NCBI GenBank assembly: GCA_963675495.1
Contig: OY776215.1
Coordinates: forward strand, 2,272,001-2,336,000
DNA length: 64,000 nucleotides
Source of the DNA: an uncultured Methanolobus sp.
GTDB taxonomy: Archaea > Halobacteriota > Methanosarcinia > Methanosarcinales > Methanosarcinaceae
Reading direction: 5' to 3'
In this document: in pieces, positions 40,251-47,488 of the stretch
Numbering within the stretch: the stretch's first letter is position 1
Layout: the number at the start of each line of letters is the position of its first letter
Notes under the pieces: generated by a model
What the model saw: only the letters and a program-made list of their open reading frames with translations
Database searches by the model: none
What the model was told of the DNA's origin: nothing
Position numbers and translations under genes: made by a program

Positions 40251-41213
40251 ATGAAGGTTCGGCTTGAGATCATCGATGACGATGGAATTGAAATCGCAAC
40301 TTCAACATTTGGAGGAAAGCACTGGAAAAGGCGCCTTCTTGCATTTATTGACACGGTCGAAGACGAAACAGACATTAATACCGGACCTTCATCTAATTCA
40401 TCTTATTCTGAAGTTCCCGTAGCTGAGCAGCATGCATACCAAGCACAATTTGTTCAGCAACAGGTGCCTAATTTACAACAACCAGGCCAGCAGGCTGCTT
40501 CAACACAACCGTCTCAGGGACCAGTTCAGCAACAACAGGTTCAACAGGCAGTTCCGCAGCATTTTGTTCAACAACAGCAGGTCCAGCAACCGATGCAACA
40601 GGTAACTGTGCCGCTACAGTACAATCAGCAATTCCAGCAATCTCAGATTCCTGCAATGCAACAGAATTTCCAGCAGGCTTATCCACAATACCCTGCAAAT
40701 CAAAATAATCAACAACCTATATACTTACAACCTACTACCCTACCTCCTGTAGGAATGCAGCAGTATGGGCAGCCGGCACAACCTTTGTCATCTACGGTTC
40801 ATCAACCTCTTACTTCTAATCAACAGGTTCCTCTGGCTGTTTCTAATCTTAATCAACCTGTACAGGCAGAAGTACGTTCAGCTCCGACTCGTCGCAGAAC
40901 ACCGATGCTTCAGGACAGGCTAAATGATATGTCTCTGACGATAAGTGAACGTCTTGAGCTTTTCCTTAGATATGAATATCCTCGTGTATGGTTCTCTTCA
41001 CAGGATGTCCAGCAACACTATGAAAGGATATACGGTACAATAAAGCAAAGCACTGTGTCCACATATCTGTCTCGCATGTTCCGCAAGGCTCTTCTTGAAC
41101 GCAGAGGCAACAGGACGCAGCGTGAATATCGTTACATAGCTGACGAACCTGAATCCACTTACAAGATGGAAGAAGTGCCAGGCGCACCAGTGTATCATGG
41201 GATCCAATATTAA
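40251..41213 (+). CDS. Hypothetical protein: small N-terminal domain, Gln/Pro-rich linker, C-terminal winged helix
   Basis: QQQV repeats over aa ~60-200; C-terminal WFSSQDVQQHYERIYGTIKQSTVSTYLSRM..LERRG..REYRY. Confidence 0.8.
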   Translation: MKVRLEIIDDDGIEIATSTFGGKHWKRRLLAFIDTVEDETDINTGPSSNSSYSEVPVAEQHAYQAQFVQQQVPNLQQPGQQAASTQPSQGPVQQQQVQQAVPQHFVQQQQVQQPMQQVTVPLQYNQQFQQSQIPAMQQNFQQAYPQYPANQNNQQPIYLQPTTLPPVGMQQYGQPAQPLSSTVHQPLTSNQQVPLAVSNLNQPVQAEVRSAPTRRRTPMLQDRLNDMSLTISERLELFLRYEYPRVWFSSQDVQQHYERIYGTIKQSTVSTYLSRMFRKALLERRGNRTQREYRYIADEPESTYKMEEVPGAPVYHGIQY

Positions 41214-41260
41214 TTCGATATTGGCAGCTATTTAATAGTCCTATAGCTATATCTGTTCAT

Positions 41261-41497
41261 ATGCGTTCATCTCAGAATCTTTTCAATATAGGTTTTACTC
41301 TTATTATTCTGGGATTTGTTCTTGTTTTTGTAGGTTTGCTTGTTTCAGCCTTTAGCGGAGCAGGTGAATTCGGTGGCGTTATCCTTATAGGTCCTATTCC
41401 AATAGCATTTGGCTCCTCTCCTGAGATCACTTTATCAATGCTATGGGCAGGTGCTCTTATTACTGTTGTATATCTTCTGCTGCGGAGGCGACTCTGA
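41261..41497 (+). CDS. DUF131/TIGR00304 membrane protein
   Basis: GGVILIGPIPIAFGS signature. Confidence 0.85.
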   Translation: MRSSQNLFNIGFTLIILGFVLVFVGLLVSAFSGAGEFGGVILIGPIPIAFGSSPEITLSMLWAGALITVVYLLLRRRL

Positions 41498-41817
41498 TGA
41501 TAGGTTCATATCTTGTGATCATTGGTATGTTGATGTTCATCTCCGGCTTTTTCCTGATATTTGTGGCAAGCTTTTATGGGGTTGGAAATTCGGAAAAAGG
41601 GGATGAACACACTTCTTTTCAAGGGGGTCATAATTCATGGACTTCGTCCCCTTACACGGGTCAGGAGTCAATTCCAAACAAAAACAAAGTTCAGGGTAGC
41701 GGAATTATCATGCTTGGTCCTATTCCCATTATCTTTGGTTCGGACAACAAAAGTACTTCGACTATGGTCGTATTGGCAATTGTCCTCATGGTGCTGTACT
41801 TTCTGATATTCATGTAA
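41497..41817 (+). CDS. DUF131/TIGR00304 membrane protein
   Basis: GSGIIMLGPIPIIFGSD. ATG 41497 overlaps the upstream stop (TGATG). Confidence 0.85.
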   Translation: MIGSYLVIIGMLMFISGFFLIFVASFYGVGNSEKGDEHTSFQGGHNSWTSSPYTGQESIPNKNKVQGSGIIMLGPIPIIFGSDNKSTSTMVVLAIVLMVLYFLIFM

Positions 41818-41932
41818 TGCTGTGGTGAGCCTGTGATTCTGTTAAGCTGTTGTTTGTCGTTAACAGTTCGGGAATCCGTATGCATCTAAGCTGTGAATAT
41901 GTTTATAGGCATTCGGTTCAATACAGATATTA

Positions 41933-43915
41933 ATGCGTCCTTTCAAACTAGTCTCAGAGTATAGTCCAAAGGGTGACCAGCCAAAAGCAATAGCTCAGCT
42001 GACCGAGGGTTTGCTGTCAGGCAAGAAGCACCAGACCTTACTTGGTGTGACCGGTTCAGGAAAAACGTTTACAGTTGCCAATGTCATTCAGAATGTACAA
42101 AAGCCTACTCTTGTGATGGCTCATAACAAAACTCTTGCAGCACAGCTATTCTCAGAGTTCCGTGAATTTTTCCCTGACAATGCAGTGGAATATTTTGTCA
42201 GTTATTATGATTATTACCAGCCAGAGGCTTACATACCTACAACGGACACATATATTGAGAAGGATTCCTCCGTTAACGAAGAAATTGACCGCCTCCGGCT
42301 GTCTGCTACTAAATCTTTGCTGGAGCGCAAGGACGTAATAGTCGTTTCAAGTGTATCCTCCATCTACAACCTTGGTTCGCCTGATGAATGGAGGGCTATG
42401 TCTGTGATGCTTACTCCGGGTGCTGAGATAGACAGGCCTGCTTTTCTTGAGTCTCTTATCAACATACAGTATGAGAGGAATGATATTGACTTCACTCAGG
42501 GTACTTTCCGTTTAAGGGGCGACACGATTGAGATTTTCCCGGCCCAGGAAAAGAATGGTATCCGGGTTGAATTGTTTGGTGATGAGATGGAGAGGGTTGC
42601 TTATTTTGACCCGGTTACAGGAAAGGTGCTGGAGGAAGTGCTTCCCGGTGAGAGTATTGGTATCTATCCTGCAAAGCATTTTGTGATGCCTGAAGAGTAC
42701 ATTGAAAATGCGCTTGTGACCATCGAGGCAGAACTTCAGGACAGGCTGGCTGTGTTGAATTCTGAGAACAAGCTCCTTGAAGCACAGAGACTTGAGCAGA
42801 AGACCAAGTTTGATCTGGAAATGATTCGGGAGCTTGGTTATTGCAGTGGTATCGAGAATTATTCCCGGCATTTTGACGGCCGCCGTCCCGGCGAGCCTCC
42901 ATCTTCCCTTCTGAATTTCTTCCCTGATGATTATCTTGTGGTAATAGACGAGTCGCATGTTTCGATACCTCAGATACGGGGAATGCATAACGGTGACAGG
43001 GCAAGGAAGGAGTCGCTGGTAAATTATGGTTTCCGCTTGCCTTCAGCTCTTGATAATCGTCCCCTGCGTTATGATGAGTTTGAGAGGCGGCTCAATGATG
43101 TCATCTATGTTTCCGCAACTCCTGCAGAGTATGAAGTTAATAAGAGCAAGGCTGTTGTGGAGCAGATCATTCGCCCCACGGGTCTTGTGGATCCTGAAGT
43201 TACCATCAGGCCGGTGGAGAATCAGGTGGACGACCTTATCGGTGAGATCCGTAAGGTGACTGCTGAGGGTTTCAGGACTCTTGTGACAACTCTTACTAAA
43301 AGGATGTCAGAGGACCTTACTGAATACCTGCTTGAGTTGGGTATCAAGGTGCGTTACATGCATTCTGACATTGATACTCTTGAACGCGCAGAGATCATCA
43401 GGGATCTGAGAAAAGGGGAGTTCGATGTGCTTGTGGGTATCAACCTCCTGCGAGAGGGACTTGACCTGCCTGAAGTTTCCTTTGTTGCCATACTGGATGC
43501 TGATAAGGAAGGTTTCCTGCGCTCGGAACGCTCTCTTATACAGACCATCGGCCGCGCTTCCAGAAATTCGGAAGGCCGTGTTATCCTATACGCAGACAAG
43601 ATAACAGGTTCCATGGAGCGCGCCATGAAGGAGACTGAAAGACGTCGCGAGCTCCAGACAAAATACAATGAAGAGCATAATATCACTCCAACCACCATCC
43701 AGAAGTCCCTGCAAAAAGAACTCGTGGAATCTGAAAAATACCACCCAACATCAGGTGTCATGGCAATTGCCGAAGATATGTCCAAAAGAGAGATCTCGGA
43801 TGTCATCATCGATCTTGAAGCTGATATGCACCTCGCCGCCAAGAACCTTGAATTCGAAAGAGCCGCAGAACTCCGCGACAGGATAAAGGAGTTACGTGAA
43901 AGTTACTCCTTATAA
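41933..43915 (+). CDS. uvrB: Excinuclease ABC subunit B
   Basis: [43 protein letters not shown]-terminal UVR domain. Confidence 0.98.
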   Translation: MRPFKLVSEYSPKGDQPKAIAQLTEGLLSGKKHQTLLGVTGSGKTFTVANVIQNVQKPTLVMAHNKTLAAQLFSEFREFFPDNAVEYFVSYYDYYQPEAYIPTTDTYIEKDSSVNEEIDRLRLSATKSLLERKDVIVVSSVSSIYNLGSPDEWRAMSVMLTPGAEIDRPAFLESLINIQYERNDIDFTQGTFRLRGDTIEIFPAQEKNGIRVELFGDEMERVAYFDPVTGKVLEEVLPGESIGIYPAKHFVMPEEYIENALVTIEAELQDRLAVLNSENKLLEAQRLEQKTKFDLEMIRELGYCSGIENYSRHFDGRRPGEPPSSLLNFFPDDYLVVIDESHVSIPQIRGMHNGDRARKESLVNYGFRLPSALDNRPLRYDEFERRLNDVIYVSATPAEYEVNKSKAVVEQIIRPTGLVDPEVTIRPVENQVDDLIGEIRKVTAEGFRTLVTTLTKRMSEDLTEYLLELGIKVRYMHSDIDTLERAEIIRDLRKGEFDVLVGINLLREGLDLPEVSFVAILDADKEGFLRSERSLIQTIGRASRNSEGRVILYADKITGSMERAMKETERRRELQTKYNEEHNITPTTIQKSLQKELVESEKYHPTSGVMAIAEDMSKREISDVIIDLEADMHLAAKNLEFERAAELRDRIKELRESYSL

Positions 43916-43982
43916 CCTCACAATATTCATCATCAGGCGAAAACGTTATATCTTAAAAAAGACTGTATTGGTTGTTCACCAT

Positions 43983-44054
43983 GCGCTGGTGGTTTAGTGG
44001 CTATGACTGAGGCCTTCCAAGCCTTAAACCCGGGTTCGAATCCCGGTCGGCGCA
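43983..44054 (+). tRNA. tRNA-Gly (TCC)
   Basis: GCGCTGG...GAGGC CT TCC AA GCCTT...GGTTCGAATCCCGG TCGGCGCA. Confidence 0.95.
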
Positions 44055-44131
44055 TTCAACTTTTTTTAATTGTTTTTTAACACTCGTTAGATGTATCTTT
44101 TTTGTAATTTTATGTTGCTGCTGTGGTTTGA

Positions 44132-44302
44132 TTAAGTATTTTTTTCATCACTCAAATGCAAAGAGCAGGGATGCAGGAAGTTTATATAAAATGGCTCAGG
44201 GGAGATTCATTAAAGAAAAAGACCTGGGCTAATAATTACCTGGAATTTGATCCGGAATTGGTGAGGAAAGAGTATTTGTCATGTGTTCCGGAATTGATAT
44301 AA
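44132..44302 (+). pseudogene. C-terminal remnant of a tyrosine recombinase/integrase
   Basis: Manual translation FFITQMQRAGMQEVYIKWLRGDSLKKKTWANNYLEFDPELVRKEYLSCVPELI* resembles the Methanosarcinales integrase C-terminus (F.T.L.RAGM...I..LRGD...Y...D...R..YL..IP.L). It begins about 80 nt after tRNA-Gly. Confidence 0.72.
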
Positions 44303-44365
44303 ATTTCCTAAAATGAATAATCTTGCTTAAATAACATACTAAACAAAGAGGAGTGTCCTTGGTTA

Positions 44366-45115
44366 TCAAAAATCATCAAACGTAACTAATTTAGAACGTT
44401 TTGGTACGTTGTTAAAATTAGTTATATTTTGAGTTAATTTATGAGATATTTCATTATAGATACTAATCATATCTAAGTTACTTAGCTTATTTTGGGTTGA
44501 AATTCTGCCTTCTGAATTCAGAATTAGCTGAACTGTTTTTTCCTTATATTCATAATCAATATTCATAGAAGTAATTGATGGATATTCATCATCAGCTATT
44601 TCAGTAGTAACATCTTTTCCAAATCTTGCTATTTTGGTAATGGCACCATCTGATGTTTCCCAAAAACCCCATGCACTAATAAGTTTTTCCAGATGTAAAA
44701 TCGATGAAAAGTTAAAAGGTATGTCACTGCACGATAGCTTCTTTTCTTTATTTGCTAATTTAGTAAAGCTACTAGCAACTTTTTTTGGTGCAAATAAGTA
44801 AACATACTTATAATCAGAATCAATTAATAATTGAAAAGAATCAACTTTAGAATAGCCTCTGTCATAATATTCGAAAAAGTTTTCAATTTTGTCAAGGACA
44901 TAAATTGGTTCCTTTATCAATCGTGAAGCCGAACTAACGTTATAACGTATAAATCCAAATTTTTTACCTTTGTATTCTACACTTGTTTTGGGAATAGAAC
45001 CGTGATCTTCACTCCAGTCGCTTAAAGCTTTCTGATTATCGAATGCAAAATCAAGTAAATTTTTGAATTCAGAACAAATATTCTCAATTCCATGTACTGT
45101 TAAACTGTTCGACAC
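44366..45115 (-). CDS. Hypothetical protein (island cargo)
   Basis: 249-aa ORF in AT-rich DNA, GTG start, own TATA element upstream; family not recognised. Confidence 0.75.
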   Translation of the reverse strand: MSNSLTVHGIENICSEFKNLLDFAFDNQKALSDWSEDHGSIPKTSVEYKGKKFGFIRYNVSSASRLIKEPIYVLDKIENFFEYYDRGYSKVDSFQLLIDSDYKYVYLFAPKKVASSFTKLANKEKKLSCSDIPFNFSSILHLEKLISAWGFWETSDGAITKIARFGKDVTTEIADDEYPSITSMNIDYEYKEKTVQLILNSEGRISTQNKLSNLDMISIYNEISHKLTQNITNFNNVPKRSKLVTFDDF

Positions 45116-45128
45116 AAAACTAATTATG

Positions 45129-45156
45129 AAAACATTACTTAAAAGCGTAATGTTTT
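45129..45156 (-). promoter_or_regulatory. Palindromic operator straddling a TATA box
   Basis: AAAACATTAC-ttaaaagc-GTAATGTTTT; the minus-strand TTTTAA lies about 25-30 nt upstream of GTG 45115. Confidence 0.55.
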
Positions 45157-45173
45157 TTTAACCATATTTGCAT

Positions 45174-45860
45174 CTAATTGAAAGATTTTACAACACTTAA
45201 TACGTCATTTTTTTGTACTGAAGTGATTTTCATATAATTGCGATTAAGAATTATTTTACTTGTAGAAGGAGTATGAATCATAGATAATTCATAAGAATTC
45301 ACATCAACATTTTTAGGGGCATGAAATTTGAAATAGGCATTTTCAAAAGAAAAATACAAGTAGAATGTATAACTGTTGACATTGATTCGCCAGCCATTTA
45401 AAGAAACATCTCTTTGAAAATTATCTAAATACTCAATTATACTATTTACATCACTATCTTTTGTTTTCATTGTAGATTTTCTCTGACTCATTTGTATGGT
45501 GAAAGAGTCTTCAGATGCTGAATCGATAATGACATGAAATGAATCATTTACAATAACATCTAATTGGTATTCAGTATCTTTATAAGTTCGGAATTTACAA
45601 CCTGTGTTTGACAGACTACTTAAAATAATATCTTTCAAATCATTAAATGGTATATCTGAATTATAAGATACAATAGGTTTCAAAGATAACTCAGATCTGT
45701 AATGTTTTAATCTTATGATTTTCTCTGATATATTCCATTTGTATTCTATGTAGAGGGAAAGAATAAAAGATGTTAAGGCAGCAGCTACAATAGCATAAAT
45801 ACTTTCTAATAACAGGCTGCCAGTACCATTAACTATATTCGTTGCGTTCACTCTTAGCAC
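45174..45860 (-). CDS. Hypothetical protein with N-terminal TM helix (island cargo)
   Basis: 228-aa ORF; hydrophobic IYAIVAAALTSFILSLYI. Confidence 0.75.
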   Translation of the reverse strand: MLRVNATNIVNGTGSLLLESIYAIVAAALTSFILSLYIEYKWNISEKIIRLKHYRSELSLKPIVSYNSDIPFNDLKDIILSSLSNTGCKFRTYKDTEYQLDVIVNDSFHVIIDSASEDSFTIQMSQRKSTMKTKDSDVNSIIEYLDNFQRDVSLNGWRINVNSYTFYLYFSFENAYFKFHAPKNVDVNSYELSMIHTPSTSKIILNRNYMKITSVQKNDVLSVVKSFN

Positions 45861-46243
45861 TCTTTGTTTAATTAATAACTGTTCTTACGCTTTTTATTCT
45901 AAGGTGATTTATATTTTGGACAGATTGTAGGCAATATTCTATTTTTAACGCGTGGAATCCACTCATGACCACATCTTTCACATTTGAAACCATCAACCAC
46001 AATTTTTATTTTTACCATTAGTTTATACCATCAAGTAGAATATTTAAAATTAATTAACTTTAACGTTTTTCATGAGTAATGTTTAAAGCAATCTTTTTCT
46101 TCTCTAATATTCAATAAAAAATCAATTAACATCACGACTCCATACGTCGCATTATCCTTCGGTATAAAGAGCATAGGGGAGCCAGCCTGAAGGCCGGCTT
46201 CCTAGAGTTAAATACAGCCTTATTTTTCCATAGATAAAAATGA

Positions 46244-46987
46244 CTAATAAACAGGATCTTCTTTTAAATTCGATTGATAGACACCTTTGTTCAAATTGTA
46301 CTTTTCCACAATAGACTCTGTTAACTCAAAAAACCAATCAGGAGCAGTCGGTGACACGTATATTTTGTCAATAAGCATATCTAAATCAACAGGCACATAG
46401 GTTCCCATTTCTGGTATATCTCCTCCAAGAGTAGGAATCCCTTCTTCATCGTCTGAAACCTTTAACGTAATAGCCCTAAGCTCTTTTTCATATTCATAAC
46501 TTTTTCTTTTATGAAGAAAAGGTTGGAAAATATCAATTTCTGGAATTAAATCCGACTCATAATCTATATATTTAACAGCACCGACAGAAACATTATCAGG
46601 CGCTTTATCAAAACTGTTTTTAAATCTACTTAGGGTGGATTGAATTGCAATTCCCTCATTATTGGTTAAAAAAAGACTCCACATAGCAGCAGATTCAAAA
46701 TCGTTAATATGCCAACAATTCACATAAAACTGATTTCGAAATATGCGTAAAGTGTTACTTATTTCATCTGCGAAATCGGGAGATAACTCTTTCTTTTTTG
46801 TAAAATCAATTCTTTTTTTTATATTAGCTTTTGGTGTAGATCCTTCAAAGGGATCAGGCAGCTTATCTGTTCTGCAAAAAAAGAGACACCCAGTATCCAA
46901 TAAAGAGACAAATTTAGTAAAATCTAGATATCTCCAGATTTTAGATGAATCACTGGGCTGATCTAAAAAAAATTGTTCAAAATACAT
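46244..46987 (-). CDS. DUF2971-like protein
   Basis: IWRYLDFTKFVSLL, DPFEG, VNCWH..ESAAMW, HKRKSYEYEKELR, IYVSP. Confidence 0.8.
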   Translation of the reverse strand: MYFEQFFLDQPSDSSKIWRYLDFTKFVSLLDTGCLFFCRTDKLPDPFEGSTPKANIKKRIDFTKKKELSPDFADEISNTLRIFRNQFYVNCWHINDFESAAMWSLFLTNNEGIAIQSTLSRFKNSFDKAPDNVSVGAVKYIDYESDLIPEIDIFQPFLHKRKSYEYEKELRAITLKVSDDEEGIPTLGGDIPEMGTYVPVDLDMLIDKIYVSPTAPDWFFELTESIVEKYNLNKGVYQSNLKEDPVY

Positions 46988-47103
46988 GATTGAGCCTCAC
47001 AAGCCTAAATAAAACAGATTTATGATAAGCATTTCTAAAACCCACAACTATTTTATTCTTGCCCATAATTTTATTTAGAACTAGATTTGGATGCAACAGC
47101 TAA

Positions 47104-47319
47104 TCACAGATGCTTTTTGACATGACTTCTCCTTTCTTTTATCTCATCTGAATAGATCAGGAATATAGAAGTAAGCCCACATCCCATGGTAAAACCTATC
47201 AAGAACATAAAGAGAATTACCTTCAGGTATTCCATAGTAAAAGCATGGGAAAGAAAGACCTGATCATTTGATAACAGGAAATCATTTCCATATTGTACGA
47301 GTGTAGTGTTTTGATACAT
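47104..47319 (-). CDS. Small hypothetical membrane protein
   Basis: One TM (VILFMFLIGFTMGCGLTSIFLI). ATG 47319 preferred over track start 47331. Confidence 0.45.
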   Translation of the reverse strand: MYQNTTLVQYGNDFLLSNDQVFLSHAFTMEYLKVILFMFLIGFTMGCGLTSIFLIYSDEIKERRSHVKKHL

Positions 47320-47488
47320 TTTATTCCACAATTGTTATTTCTAAATCGTTGTCCTTGGTTTCCTAGGCGTTGAGCTTATCTAGGCCATGCTTGGAATGAA
47401 ATCCTCTTTTCCATTTGCACATAAACGCAACGTTAATATCAGTAGCAATATATTAATTAATTATATATTTTCAAATAGAGGATTTAAG

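Larger units (their letters stand above)
44132..47360. mobile_element. Decayed integrative element/genomic islet at tRNA-Gly
   Basis: Integrase remnant, visibly AT-rich orphan genes, 11-bp direct repeat at 44354 and 47350. No attR seen. Confidence 0.6.

Noticed and set aside
15645-43886. Numerous antisense or overlapping ORFs in the track (e.g. 15645-16280, 16754-17383, 23253-23834, 34965-35600, 43354-43842)
   Set aside because: Shadow frames of well-supported genes.
45115-45176. TAG-ATG junction plus an A7 run suggesting pyrrolysine readthrough or a frameshift fusing the two island genes
   Set aside because: The frames differ by 1 nt and an in-frame TAA follows. The gap is better explained by the TATA/palindrome element.
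44054-47480. attR duplicate of the tRNA-Gly 3' end
   Set aside because: No second copy of GTTCGAATCCCGGTCGGCGC was found by eye, so an intact element is not claimed.
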